The position numbers were made by a program, and so were the translations under genes. From the NCBI GenBank assembly GCA_964016885.1, contig OZ024741.1:1798001-1862000 (forward strand): DNA of 64,000 bases, given 5' to 3'. Source of the stretch: Eledone cirrhosa (lineage: Eukaryota). Positions 1 through 16,400 of this stretch are shown piece after piece; the stretch's first letter is position 1; every line of letters begins with the position of its first letter. The notes below the pieces were generated by a model. It ran no database searches, was not told the DNA's origin, and worked only from the letters and a program-made list of their open reading frames with translations.

Positions 1-3000
1 TTATATAATATATAGACTGGTGTTACCTCTCCCTGGTATATTGGTATATAGTATATAGTCTGGTGTTACCTGTCCTTGGTATATTGGTATATAGTATATA
101 GAGAGGTGTTATCTGTCCTGGCTATATTGGTATATAGTATATAGACTGGTGTTACTCTGTCCTGGGTACATTGGTATATAGTATATTGACTGGTGTTACC
201 TCTCCATGGTATGTTGGTATATATTATATAGACTGGTGTTACCTGTCCTGGTTATATTGGTATATAGTATATAGCCTGGTGTTACCTGTCCTGGGTATAT
301 TGGTATATAGTATATAGACTGGTGTTACCTCTACGGGGTATATTGGTATATTGTATATAGACTGTTGTTATCTGTCCTGGATATATTGGTATATAGTATA
401 TAGACGGGTATAACCTCTCCAGGGTATAATGGTATATATTATATAGACTGGGGTTACCTATCCTGGGTATATTGTATATAGTATATAGACTCGTGTTACC
501 TCTATTGGTATATTGGTTTATAGTATATAGACTGGTGTTATCTGTCCTGGATATATTGGTATATTGTATATAGACTGGTGTTACCTCTCCTGGGTATATT
601 GGTATATTTTATATTGACTGGTGTTACCTGTCCTGGGTATATTGGTATATAGTATATAGACTGGTGTTACCTCTCCTGGGTATATTGGTATATAGTATAT
701 AGACTGTTGTTACCTGTATAGATATATTAGTATATAGTATATAAACTGGTGTTATATTCTCCTGGGTATAATGATATATAGTATATAGACAGGTTTTACA
801 TCTGCTGGGTATATTGGTATATAGTATATAGACTGCTGTTACCTGTCCTGGGTATATTGGTATATAGTATATAGACTGGTGTTACCTGTCCTGGGTATAT
901 TGGTATATAGTATATAGACTGCTGTTACCTCTCCTGGGTATATTGGTATATAGTATATAGACTGGTGTTACCTCTCCTGGGTATATTGGTATATAGTATA
1001 TAGACTGGTGTTACCTCGCCTGGGTATATTGGTATATAGTATATAGACTGGTGTTACCTCTCCTGGGTATATTGGTATATAGTATATAGACTGGTGTTAC
1101 CTGTCCTGGGTATATTTGTATATAGTATATAGACTGGTGTTTCCTGTCCTGGGTATATTGGTATATAGTAGAAAAACTGGTGTTACCTCTCCTGGGTATA
1201 TTGGTATATAGTATATAGACTGGTGTTACCTCGCCTGGGTATATTGGTATATAGTATATAGACTGGTGTTACCTCTACTGGGTATATTGGTATATAGTAT
1301 ATAGACTGGTTTTACCTGTCTTGGGTATATTGGTATGTAGTATATAGACTTGTGTTACCTGTCCTTGGTATATTGGTATATAGTATATACACTGCTGTTA
1401 CCTGTCCTGCGTATATTGGTATATAGTATAGAGACTGGTGTTACCCTCTCCTGGGTATATTGGTATACCGTATATAGACTGGTATAACCTCTCCAGGGTA
1501 TAATGGTTTATATTATATATACTGGGGTTACCTGTCCTGGGTATATTGGTATATAGTATATAGACTGTTGTTACCCCTCCTAGGTATATTGGTATATAGT
1601 ATATAGACTGGTGTTACCTGTGCTGGGTATATTGGTTTATAGTATATAGACTGGTGTTACCCTGTCCTGGGTATATTGGTATATAGTATATAGACTGGTG
1701 TTACCTCTTCTGGGTATATTGGTATATAGTATATAGACTGGTGTTACCTGTCCTGGGTATATTGGTATATAGTATATAGACTGGTGTTACCCTGTCCTGG
1801 GAATATTGGTATATAGTATATAGGCTGGTGTTACCTCTCCTGGTATATTGGTATATAGCATATAGACTGGTGTTACCTCTCCTGGGTATATCGGTATATA
1901 GTATATAGACTGGTGTTACCTGTCCTGGGTATATTGCTATATAGTATATAGACTGGTGTTACTTCTCCCAGGGATATTGGTATATAGTATATAGAATGGT
2001 TTTACATTTCCTGGGTATATTGTTATATAGTATATAGACTGGTGTTACCTGACCTGGGTATATTGGTATATAGTATATAGACTTGGATTACCTGTCCTGG
2101 TTATATTGGTATATAGTATTTAGACAGGTGTTACCTCTCACAGGTATATTGGTATATAGTATATAGACTGGTGCTACGTCTCCTGGGTATATTGGTATAT
2201 AGTACATAGACTGGTGTTACCCTGTACTGGGTATATTGGTATATAGCATATAGACTGGTTTTACCTCTCCTGGGTATATTTGTATATAGTATATAGACAG
2301 GTGTTACCTCTCCCAGGTGTATTGGTTTATAGCATATAGGCTGGTGTAACCTGTCCTGGGCATATTGGTATGTTGTATATAGACAAGTGTTACCCCTTCT
2401 GGGTATATTGGTATATAGTATATAGACTGGTGTTACCTCTCCTGGGTATATTGGTATATAGTATATAGACTGGTGTTACCTCGCCTGGGTATATTGGTAT
2501 ATAGTATATAGACTGGTGTTACCTGTGCTGGGTATATTGGTTTATAGTATATAGACTGGTGTTACCTCTCCTGGGTATATTGGTATATTTTATATTGACT
2601 GGTGTTACCTGTCCTGGGTATATTGGTATATAGTATATAGACTAGTGTTACCTCTCCTGGGTATATTGGTATATAGTATATAGACTGGTGTTATATTCTC
2701 CTGGGTATAATGATATATAGTATATAGACAGGTTTTACATGTGCTGGGTATATTGTTATATAGTATATAGACAGGTGTTACCTCTCCTGGGTATATTGGT
2801 ATATAGTATATAGACTGGTGTTACCTCTCCTGGGTATATTGGTATATAGTATATCGACTGGTATTACCTGTCCTGGGTATATTGGTATATAGTATATAGA
2901 CTGGTGTTACCTCGCTTGGGTATATTGGTATATAGTATATAGACTGGTGTTACCTCTCCTGGGTATATTGGTATATAGTATATAGACTGGTGTTACCTGT

Positions 3001-3239
3001 CCTGGGTATATTGGTATATAGTATATAGACTGCTGTTACCTGTCCTGGGTATATTGGTATATAGTATATAGACTGGTGTTACCTATCCTGGGTATATTGG
3101 TATATAGTATATAGACTGGTGTTACCTCGCCTGGGTATATTGGTATATAGTATATAGACTGGTGTTACCTCTCCTGGGTATATTGGTATATAGTATATAG
3201 ACTGGTGTTACCTGTCCTGGGTATATTGTTATATATTAT

Positions 3240-6200
3240 ATAGACTCGTGTTACCTGTCCTGGATATATTGGTATATAGTATATAGACTGGGGTTACCTG
3301 TCCTGGTTATATTGGTATATGGTATATAGACTGGTTTTACCTGTCCTGGGTATATTGGTATATAGTATATTGACAGCTGTTACCTTTCCTAGGTATATTG
3401 GTATATAGTATATAGACTGCTGTTACCCGACCCTGGTATATTCGTATATAGTATATAGACTGGTGTTACCTGTCATGGATATATTGGTATATAGTATATA
3501 GACTGGTGTTACCTGTCCTCGGTATATTGGTATATAGTATATAGACTGGTGTTACCTCTCCTGGGTATATTGGTATATATTATATAGACTGGTGTTACTT
3601 GTCCTGGGTTTATTGGAATATAGTATATAGACTGGTGTTACTTCTCCCTGGTATATTGGTATATAGTATATAGACTGGTGTTACCTGTCCTGGGTATATT
3701 GGTATATAGTATATAGACTGGTGTTACCTGTCCTAGGTATATTGGTATATTGGTATATAGTATATAGACTGGTGTTACCTCTCCCTTTTATATTGGTATA
3801 TAGTATATAGTCTAGTGTTACCTGTCCTAGGTGTATTGGTATATAGTATATAGACTGGTGTTACCTGTCCTGGGTATATTGGTATATAGTTTATATACTG
3901 GTGTTACCTGTCCTGGGTATATTGTTATATAATATATAGACTGGTGTTACCTCTCCCTGGTATATTGGTATATAGTATATAGTCTGGTGTTACCTGTCCT
4001 CGGTATATTGGTATATAGTATATAGACTGGTGTTACTCTGTCCTGGGTACATTGGTATATAGTATATAGACTGGTGTTACATCTACGGGCTATATTGGTA
4101 TATTGTATATAGACTGTTGTTATCTGTCCTGGGTATATTGCTATATAGTATATAGATAGCTGTTACCTTTCCTGGGTATATTGGTATATAGTATATAGAC
4201 TGCTGTTACCCGACCCTGGTATATTCGTATATAGTATATAGACTGGTGTTACCTGTCCTGGATATATTGGTATATAGTATATAGTCTGTTGTTACCTGTC
4301 CTCGGTATATTGGTATATAGTATATAGACTGGTGTTACCTGTCCTGGGTATATTGGTATATAGTATATAGACTGGTGTTACCTGTCCTGGATATATTGGT
4401 ATATAGTATATAGTCTGGTGTTACCTGTCCTAGGTATATTGGTATATAGTATATAGACTGGTGTTACCTGTCCTGGGTATATTGGTATATAGTATATATA
4501 CTGGTGTTACCTGTCCTGGCTATATTGTTATATAATATATAGACTGGTGTTACCTCTCCCTGGTATATTGGTATATAGTATATAGAGAGGTTTTTACGTG
4601 TCCTGGCTATATTGGTATATAGTATATAGACTGGTGTTACTCTGTCCTGGGTATATTGGTATATAGTATATTGACTGGTGTTACCTCTCCATGGTATTTT
4701 GGTATATAGTATATAGTATATAGACTGGTGTTACCTGTCCCTGTTATATTGGTATATATTATATAGCCTGGTGTTACCTGTCCTGGGTATATTGGTATAT
4801 AGTATATAGACTGGTGTTACTTCTACGGGGTATATTGGTATATTGTATATAGACTGTTGTTATCTGTCCTGGATATATTGGTATATAGTATATAGACGGG
4901 TATAACCTCTCCAGGGTATAATGTTATATATTATATAGACTGGGGTTACCTATCCTGGGTATATTGGTATATAGTATATAGACTCGTGTTACCTCTATTG
5001 GTATATTGGTTTATAGTATATAGACTGGTGTTATCTGTCCTGGATATATTGGTATATTGTATATAGACTAGTGTTACCTCTCCTGGGTATATTGGTATAT
5101 TTTATATTGACTGGTGTTACCTGTCCTGGGTATATTGGTATATAGTGTATAGACTGGTGTTACCTCTCCTGGGTATATTGGTATATAGTATATAGACTGT
5201 TGTTACCTGTATGGATATATTGGTATGTAGTATATAGACTGGTGTTATATTCTCCTGGGTATAATGATATATAGTATATAGACAGGTTTTACATCGGCTG
5301 GGTATATTGGTATATAGTATATAGACTTCTGTTACCTGTCCTCGGTATATTGGTATATAGTATATAGACTGGTGTTACCTTTCCTGGGTATATTGGTATA
5401 TAGTATATAGACTGGTGTTACCTCGCCTGGGTATATTGGTATATAGTATATCGACTGGTGTTACCTCTCCTGGGTATATTGGTATATAGTATATAGACTG
5501 GTGTTACCTGTCCTGGGTATATTGGTATATAGTATATAGACTGCTGTTACCTGTCCTGGGTATATTGGTATATAGTATATAGACTGGTGTTACCTCTCCT
5601 GGGTATATTGGTATATAGTATATAGACTGCTGTTACCTGTCCTGGGTATATTGGTATATAGTATATAGACTGGTGTTACCTGTCCTGGGTATATTGGTAT
5701 ATAGTATATAGACTGCTGTTACCTGTCCTGGGTATATTGGTATATAGTATATAGACTGGTGTTACCTCTCCTGGGTATATTGGTATATAGTATATCGACT
5801 GGTGTTACCTGTCTTGGCTATATTGGTATATAGTATATATACATGTGTTACCTGTCCTGGGTATATTGGTATATAGTATATAGACTGGTGTTACCTGTCC
5901 TGGGTATATTGGTATGTAGTATATAGACTGCTGTTACCTGTCCTGCGTATATTGGTATATAATATATAGACGGGTATAACCTCTCCAGGGTATAATGGTA
6001 TATATTATATAGACTGGGGTTACCTATCCTGGGTATATTGGTATATAGTATATAGACTGGTGTTACCTGTCCTGGGTATATTGGTCTATAGTATATAGAC
6101 TGGTGTTACCCTGTCCCGGGTATATTGGTATATAGTATATGGACGTGTGTTACCTGTCCTGGGTATATTGGTATATAGTATATAGACTGGTGTTACCTGT

Positions 6201-9200
6201 CCTGGGTATATTGGTATATAGTATATAGACTGGTGCTACCCTGTCCTGGGTATATTGTTATATTGTACATAGACTGGTGTTACCCTGTCCTGGGTATATT
6301 GGTATAGTGTATATAGACTGGTGTTACCTCTCCTGGGTATATTGGTATATAGTATATAGACTGGTGTTACCTCTCCTGGGTATATCGGTATATAGTATAT
6401 AGACTGGTGTTACCTCTCCTGGGTATATTGCTATATAGTATATAGACTCATATTACCTCTCCTGGTTATATTGGTATATAGTATATTGACTGGTGTTACC
6501 TCTCCTGGGTATATTGGTATATAGTATATCGACTGGTGTTACCTGTCCTGGGTATATTGGTATATAGTATATAGACTGGTGTTACCTCGCTTGGGTATAT
6601 TGGTATATAGTATATAGACTGGTGTTACCTCTCCTGGGTATATTGGTATATAGTATATAGACTGGTGTTACCTGTCTTGGGTATATTGGTATATAGTATA
6701 TAGACTGGTGTTACCTGTCCTGGGTATATTGGTATATAGTATATAGACTGCTGTTACCTGTCCTGGGTATATTGGTATATAGTATATAGACTGGTGTTAC
6801 CTCTCCTGGGTATATTGGTATATAGTATATAGACTGGTGTTACCTCGCCTGGGTATATTGGTATATAGTATATAGACTGGTGTTACCTCTCCTGGGTATA
6901 TTGGTATATAGTATATAGACTGGTGTTACCTGTCCTGGGTATATTGTTATAAATTATATAGACTCGTGTTACCTGTCCTGGATATATTGGTATATAGTAT
7001 ATAGACTGGGGTTACCTGTCCTGGTTATATTGGTATATGGTATATAGACTGGATTTACCTGTCCTAGGTATATTGGTATATAGTATATAGACAGCTGTTA
7101 CCATTCCTAGGTATATTGGTATATAGTATATAGACTGCTGTTACCCGACCCTGGTATATTCGTATATAGTATATAGACTGGTGTTACCTGTCATGGATAT
7201 ATTGGTATATAGTATATAGACTGGTGTTACCTGTCCTCGGTATATTGGTATATAGTATATAGACTGGTGTTACCTCTCCTGGGTATATTGGTATATATTA
7301 TATAGACTGGTGTTACTTGTCCTGGGTATATTGGAATATAGTATATAGACTGGTGTTACTTCTCCCTGGTATATTGGTATATAGTATATAGACTGGTGTT
7401 ACCTGTCCTGGGTATATTGGTATATAGTATATAGACTGGTGTTACCTGTCCTAGGTATATTGGTATATTGGTATATAGTATATAGACTGGTGTTACCTCT
7501 CCCTTCTATATTGGTATATAGTATATAGTCTAGTGTTACCTGTCCTAGGTGTATTGGTATATAGTATATAGACTGGTGTTACCTGTCCTGGGTATATTGG
7601 TATATAGTACATATACTGGTGTTACCTGTCCTGGGTATATTGCTATATAATATATAGACTGGTGTTACCTCTCCCTGGTATATTGGTATATAGTATATAG
7701 TCTGGTGTTACCTGTCCTCGGTATATTGGTATATAGTATATAGAGAGGTGTTACGTGTCCTGGCTATATTGGTATATAGTATATAGACTGGTGTTACTCT
7801 GTCCTGGGTATATTGGTATATAGTATATTGACTGGTGTTACCTCTCCATGGTATGTTGGTATATAGTATATAGACTGGTGTTACCTGTCCTGGTTATATT
7901 GGTATATAGTATATAGCCTGGTGTTACCAGTCCTGGGTATATTGGTATATAGTATATAGACTGGTGTTACCTCTACGGGCTATATTGGTATATTGTATAT
8001 AGACTGTTGTTATCTGTCCTGGGTATATTGGTATATAGTATATAGACAGCTGTTAACTTTCCTGGGTATATTGGTATATAGTATATAGACTGCTGTTACC
8101 CGACCCTGGTATATTCGTATATAGTATATAGACTGGTGTTACCTGTCCTGGATATATTGGTATATAGTATATAGTCTGGTGTTACCTGTCCTCGGTATAT
8201 TGGTATATAGTATGTAGAGAGGTTTTTACGTGTCCTGGCTATATTGGTATATAGTATATAGACTGGTGTTACTCTGTCCTGGGTACATTGGTATATAGTA
8301 TATTGACTGGTGTTACCTCTCCATGGTATGTTGGTATATAGTATATAGACTGGTGTTACCTGTCCTGGTTATATTGGTATATAGTATATAGACTGGTGTT
8401 ACTTCTACGGGGTATATTGGTATATTGTATATAGACTGTTGTTATCTGTCCTGGATATATTGGTATATAGTATATAGACGGATATAACCTCTCCAGGGTA
8501 TAATGGTATATATTATATAGACTGGGGTTACCTATCCTGGGTATATTGGTATATAGTATATAGACTCGTGTTACCTCTATTGGTATATTGGTTTATAGTA
8601 TATAGACTGGTGTTATCTGTCCTGGATATATTGGTATATTGTATATAGACTGGTGTTACCTCTCCTGGGTATATTGGTATAATTTATATTGACTTGTGTT
8701 ACCTGTCCTGGGTATATTGGTATATAGTATATAGACTGGTGTTACCTCTCCTGGGTATATTGGTATATAGTATATAGACTGGTGTTATATTCTCCTGGGT
8801 ATAATGATATATAGTATATAGACAGGTTTTACATCTGCTGGGTATATTGGTATATAGTATATAGACTGCTGTTACCTGTCCTCGGTATATTGGTATATAG
8901 TATATAGACTGGTCTTACCTTTCCTGGGTATATTGGTATATAGTATATAGACTGGTGTTACCTCGCCTGGGTATATTGGTATATAGTATATAGACTGGTG
9001 TTACCTCTCCTGGGTATATTGGTATATAGTATATAGACTGCTTTACCTGTCCTGAGTATATTGGTATATAGTATGTAGACTGGTGTTACCTGTCCTGGGT
9101 ATATTGGTATATAGTATATAGACTGCTGTTACCTGTCCTGGGTATATTGGTATATAGTATATAGATTGGTGTTACCTCTCCTGGGTATATTGGTATATAG

Positions 9201-10000
9201 TATATAGACTGGTGTTACCTCGCCTGAGTATATTGGTATATAGTATATAGACTGGTGTTACCTCTCCTGGGTATATTGGTATATAGTATATCGACTGGTG
9301 TTACCTGTCTTGGGTATATTGGTATATAGTATATAGACATGTGTTACCTGTCCTGGGTATATTGGTATATAGTATATAGACTGGTGTTACCTGTCCTCGG
9401 TATATTGGTATGTAGTATATAGACTGCTGTTACCTGTCCTGCGTATATTGGTATATAATATATAGACGGGTATAACCTCTCCAGGGTATAATGGTATATA
9501 TTATATAGACTGGGGTTACCTATCCTGGGTATATTGGTATATAGTATATAGACTGGTGTTACCTGTCCTGGGTATATTGGTCTATAGTGTATAGACTGGT
9601 GTCACCCTGTCCTGGGTATATTGGTATATAGTATATAGACTGGTGTTACCTGTCCTGGGTATATTGGTATATAGTATATAGACTGGTGTTACCTGTCCTG
9701 GGTATATTGGTATATAGTATATAGACTGGTGTTACCCTGTCCTGGGTATATTGGTATAGTGTATATAGACTGGTGTTACCTCTCCTGGGTATATTGGTAT
9801 ATAGTATATAGACTGGTGTTAACTCTCCTGGGTATATCGGTATATAGTATATAGACTGGTGTTACCTCTCCTGGGTATATTGCTATATAGTATATAGTCT
9901 CATATTACCTCTCCTGGGTATATTGGTATATAGTATATAGACTGGTGTTACCTTTATGGATATATTGGTATATATTATATAGACTGGTGTTATATTCTCC
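3240..10000. repeat. Left-domain higher-order duplication of the satellite, ~3.6-3.7 kb period
   Basis: Rare variants recur at fixed offsets: GACTCGTGTTACCTGTCCTGGAT 3243/6961 and TCTAGTGTTACC 3811/7529 (both +3718); GACGG(G/A)TATAACC 4895/8477 (+3582). Boundaries approximate. Confidence 0.75.
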
Positions 10001-13000
10001 TGGGTATAATGATTTATAGTATATAGACAGGTTTTACATCTCCCGGGTATATTGGTATATAGTATATAGACAGGTGTTACCTCTCCTGGGTATATTGGTA
10101 TATAGTATATAGACTGGTGTTACCTGTCCTGGGTATATTGGTATATAGTATATAGACTGCAGTTACCTGTTCTGGGTATATTGGTATATAGTAGAAAAAC
10201 TGGTGTTACCTCTCCTGGGTATATTGGTATATAGTATATAGACTGGTGTTACCTCGCCTGGGTATATTGGTATATAGTATATAGACTGGTGTTACCTCTC
10301 CTGGGTATATTGGTATATAGTATATAGACTGGTGTTACCTGTCCTGGGTATATTGGTATGTAGTATATAGACTTGTGTTACCTGTCCTGGGCATATTGTT
10401 ATATAGTATATAGACTGCTGTTACCTGTCCTGAGTATATTGGTATATAGTATATAGACTGGTGTTACCCTGTCCTGGGTATAGTGGTATACAGTATATAG
10501 ACTGGTATAACCTCTCCAGGGTATAATGGTATATATTATATAGACTGGGGTTACCTGTCCTGGGTATATTGGTATATAGTATATAGACTGTTGTTACCCC
10601 TCCTGTGTATATTGGTATATAGTATATTGACTGGTGTTACCTGTCCTGGGTATATCGGTTTATAGTATATAGACTGGTGTTACCATGTCCTGGGTATATT
10701 GGTATATAGTATATAGACTGGTGTTACCTCTCCTGGGTGTATTGGTATATAGTATATAGACTGTTGTTACCTGTCCTGGGTATTTTGGTATATAGTATAT
10801 AGACTGCTGTTACCCTGTCCTGGGTATATTGTTATATAGTATATAGATTAGTGTTACCTCATCTGGGTATATTGGTATATAGTATATAGACTGGTGTTAC
10901 CCTGTCCTGGGTATATTGGTATATAGTATATAGACTGGTGTTACCTCTCCTGGTATATTGGTATATAGCATATAGACTGGTGTTACCTCTCCTGGGTATA
11001 TCGGTATACAGTATATAGACTGGTGTTACCTGTCCTGGGTATATTGCTATATAGTATATAGACTGGTGTTACCTCTCCCAGGTATATTGGTATATAGTAT
11101 ATAGACAGGTGTTACCTCTCCAGGTTATATTAGTATGTTATATATAGACTGGTGTCAACTGCACTGGGTATATTGGTATATAGTATGTAGACTGGTGTTA
11201 CCAGTCCTGGGTATATTAGTATATAGTATATAGACTGGTGTTACCTGTCCTGGGTATATTGGTATATAGTATATAGACTGGTGTTACCTCTCTTGGGTAT
11301 ATTGGTATATAGTATATAGATTGGTGTTACCTCTCCTAGGTATATTGGTATATAGTATATAGAATGGTTTTACATTTCCTGGGTATATTGTTATATAGTA
11401 TATAGACTGGTGTTACCTGTCCTGGGTATATTGGTGTATAGTATATAGACTTGGGTTACCTGTCCTGGTTATATTGGTATATAGTATATAGACAGGTTTT
11501 ACTTCTCCCAGGTATATTGGTATATATTATATAGACTGGTGCTACGTCTCCTGGGTATATTGGTATATAGTACATAGACTGGTGTTACCCTGTACTGGGT
11601 ATATTGGTATATAGTATATAGACTGGTTTTACCTCTCCTGGGTATATTGGTATATAGTCTATAGGCAGGTGTTACCTCTCCCAGGTGTATTGGCATATAG
11701 CATATAGGCTGGTGTAACCTGTCCTGGGCATATTGGTATATAGTATATAGACAAGTGTTACCCCTTCTGGGTATATTGGTATATAGTTTATAGGCTGGTG
11801 TTACATATCCTGGCAATATTGGTATATAGTATATAGACTTGTGTTACCTCTCCCTGGTATATCGGTATATAGTATATAGACTGGTGTTACCCTGTCCTGG
11901 GTATATTGGTATATAGTATATAGACTGGTGTTACCTCTCCTGGATATAATAGTATATAGTATATAGATTGTTGTTAGCTGTCCTGGGTGTTTTGATATAT
12001 AGTATATAGACTGGTGTTACCTGTCCTGGGTATATTGGTATATAGTATATAGACTGGTGTTACCCTGTCCTGTGTATATTGTTATAAAGTATATTGACTG
12101 TTGTTACCTCTACCCGGTATATTGGTATATAGTATATAGACTGGTGTTACCTGTCCTGGTTATATTGGTATATAGTATATAGTCTGGTGTTACCTGTCCT
12201 GGGTATATTGGTATATAGTATATAGACTGGTGTTACCTGTTCTGGGTATATTGGTATATAGTATATAGACTGTTGTTCCTTCTCCCTGGTATATTTTAGT
12301 ATATAGTATATAGACTGGTGTTACCTCTCTGGGTATATTGGTATATACTATATAGACTGGTGTTACCTCTCCTGGGTTTATTGGTATATTTTATATTGAC
12401 TGGTGTTACCTGTTCTGGGTATAAGGGTATGTAGTATATAGACTTGTGTTTCCTCTCCTGGGTATATTGGTATATAGTATATAGACTGCTGTTAACTGTC
12501 CTGGGTATATTTGTATATAGTATATAGACTGGTGTTACCTCTCCTGGGTATATTGGTATATAGTATATAGACTGGTGTTACTTGTCCTGGGTATATTGGT
12601 ATATAGTATATAGACTGGTGTTACCTCTCCTGGGTATATGGGTATATAGTATATCGACTGGTGTTACCTGTCCTGGGTATATTGGTATATAGTATATAGA
12701 CTGGTGTTACCTGTCCTGGTTATATTGCTATATAGTATATAGACTGGTGTTACCTCTCCTGGGCATATTTGTATATTGTATATAGACTGGTGGTAACTAA
12801 CCTGGGTATATTGGTATATAGTAAATAGACTGGTGTTACTTCTCCCTAGTATATTGGTATATAGTATATCGACTGTTGTTACCTCTCCCGGGTATATTAG
12901 TATATAGTATATAGAATTGGTATTACCTCTCCCTATTATATTGGTATATAGTTTATAGACTGGTCTTACCTCACCTGGCTATATTGGTATATAGTATATA

Positions 13001-13429
13001 GATAGGTGTTACCTGTCCTGGGTATATTGGTATATAGTATATAGACTGGTGTTACCTCCCCAGTGGCTATATTGGTATATTGTTTATTGACTGGTGTTAA
13101 CTGTCCTGGGTATATTCGTATATAGTATATAGACTGGTGTTACCTATCCTGGCTATATTGGTATATAGTATATATACTTGTGTTACCTCTCCCTGGTATA
13201 TTGGTATATAGTATATAGACTGGTTTTACCCTGTCCTGGGTATATTTTCATATAGTATATAGACTGTGGTTACCTCTCCTGGTTATATGTGTGTATAGTA
13301 TATCGAATGTTGTTACCTGTCCTGGGTATATTGGTACATAGTATATAGACTGGTGTTACCTGTATGGATATATTGGTTTATAGTATATAGACTGGTGTTA
13401 TATTCTCCTGCGTATATTGGTATATAGTA

Positions 13430-16400
13430 TATAGACTGGTGTTACCTCTCCTGGGTATATTGGTATATACTAGAAAAACTGGTGTTACCTCTCTTGGGTA
13501 TATTGGTATATAGTATATAGACTGGTGTTACCTCGCCTGGGTATGTTGGTATATAGTATATAGACTGGTGTTACCTCTCTTGGGTATATTGGTATATAGT
13601 ATATCGACTTGTGTTACCTCTACTGGGTATATTGGTATATAGTATATAGACTGGTGTTACCTGTCCTGGGTATATTGGTATGTAGTATATAGACTTGTGT
13701 TACCTGTCCTGGGTATATTGGTATATAGTATATAGACTGGTATAACCTCTCCAGGGTATTATGTTATATAGTATATAGACTGGTGTTACCTCCCCATTGG
13801 TTATATTGGTATATTGTTTATAGACTGGTGTTAACTGTCCTGTGTATATTCGTATATAGTATATAGACTGGTGTTACCTATCCTGGCTATATTGGTATAT
13901 AGTATATAGACTTGTGTTACCTCTCCCTGGTATATTGGTATATAGTATATAGACTGGTTTTACCCTGTCCTGGGTATATTGGTATATAGTATATAGACTG
14001 GTGTTACCTGTCCTGGGTATATTGGTATATAGTATATAGACTGGTGTTACCTGTCCTGGGTATATTGGTATATAGTATATAGACTTGTGTTACCTGTCCT
14101 GGGTATATTGGTATATAGTATATAGACTGGTGTTACCTCTCGTGGGTATATTGGCATATAGTATATAGACTGGTTTTACTTGTCCTGGGTATATTGGTAT
14201 ATAGTATATAGACTGGTATTACCTCTCCTGGGTATATTGGTATATAGTATATAGACTGGTGTTACCTCTCTTGGGTATATCGGTATATAGTATATAGACT
14301 GGTGTTACCTGTACTGGGTATATTGCTATATAGTATATAGACTGGTGTTACCTTTCCCAGGTATATTGGTATATAGTATATAGACAGGTGTTACCTCTCC
14401 AGCGTATATTGATATATAGTATATAGACTGGTCTTACCTGCCCTGGGTATATTGGTATATAGTATATAGACTGGTTTTTCCTCTCCTGGGTATATTGGTA
14501 TATAGTAAATAGACAGGTGTTACCTCTCACAGGTATATTGGTATATAGTATATAGACAGGTGTTACCTCTCCTGGGTATATTGGTATATAGTATATAGAC
14601 TGGTGTTACCTTTCCTGGTTATATTGGTATATAGTTTATAGACTGGTGTTACCTGTACTGGGTATATTCGTATATAGTATATATACTGGTGTTACATATC
14701 CTGGCAATATTGGTATATAGTATATAGACTTGTGTTACCTCTCCCTGGTATATTGGTATATAGTATATAGACTGGTGTTACCCCGTACTGGGTTCATTGG
14801 TATATAGTATATAGACTGGTGTTACCTCTCTTGGGTATAATAGTATATAGTATATAGACTGGTGTTACCTGTCCTGGGTATATTGGTATATAGTATATAG
14901 AGAGGTGTTACCTGTCCTGGGTATATTGGTATATAGTATATAGAATGGTGTTACCCAGTCCTTGGTATATTGGTATATAGTATATTGACTGGTGTTACCA
15001 CTCCCCGCTATATTGGTATATAGTATATAGACTGGTGTTACCTGTCCTGGCTATATTGGTATATAGTATATAGACAGTTGTTCCTTCTCCCTGGTATATT
15101 TTAGTATATAGTATATAGACTGGTGTTACCTCTATGGGTATATCGGTATATACAATATAGAATGGTGTTACCTCTCCTGGGTATATTGGTATATTTTATA
15201 TTGACTGGTGTTACCTGTTCTGGGTATAAGGGTATATGGTATAAAGACTTGTGTTTCCTCTCGTGGGTATATTGGTATATAATATATAGACTCGTGTTAT
15301 CTCTCCTGGGTATATGGGTATATAGTATATAGACTGCTGTTACCTCTCCTGGGTATATTGGTATATAGTATATCGACTGGTGTTACATGTCCTGGGTATA
15401 TTGGTATATACTATGTAGACTGGTGTTACCTTTCCTGGGTATATTGCTATATAGTATATAGACTGGTGTTACCTCTCCTGGGTATATTGGTATACACTAT
15501 ATAGACCTGTGTTACCTATCCTGGGTATATTGGTATATAGTATATAGACTGGTGTTACCCTGTCCTGGGTATATTGGTATATAGTATATAGACTGGTGTT
15601 ACCTCTCCTGGATACATTAGTATATAGTATATAGTCTGGTGTTACCTGTCCTGGGTATATTGGTATATAGTACATAGACAGGTGTTACCTCACCTGGGTA
15701 TATTGGTATATAGTATATAGACTGGTGTTACCTCTCCCTGATATATTGGTATATAGTATATAGTATATAGACTGGTGTTACCTGTCCTGGGTATATTGGA
15801 ATATAGTATATTAGCTGGTGATATCTGTCCTGGGTATATTGGTATATAGTATATAGACTGGTGTTACCTGTCCTGGGTATATTGGTATAAGGTATATAGA
15901 CTCGTTTTACATGTCCTGGGTATATTGGTATATAGTATATAGACAGGTGTTACCTCTCCTGGGTATATTGGTATATAGTACATAGACTGGTGTTACCTGT
16001 CCTGGGTATATTGATATATAGTATATAGACAGGTGTTACCTCTCCTGGGTATATTGGTATATAGTATATAGACAGGTGTTACCTCTCCTGGGTATATTGG
16101 TATATACTATATAGCCTGGTGTTACATGTCCTGGGTATATTGTTATATATTATATAGACTGGTGTTACCTGTCCTGTATATATTGGTATATAGTATATAG
16201 ACGGGGGTTACCTGTCCTGGGTATATTGGTATATAATATATAGAGTGGTGTTACCTCTCCTGGGTATATTGGTATATATTATATAGACTGCTGTTACCTA
16301 TCCAGGGTATATTGGTATATAGTATATAGACTGCTGTTACCCGACCCTGGTATATTCGTATATAGTATATAGACTGGTGTTACCTGTCCTGGATATATTG

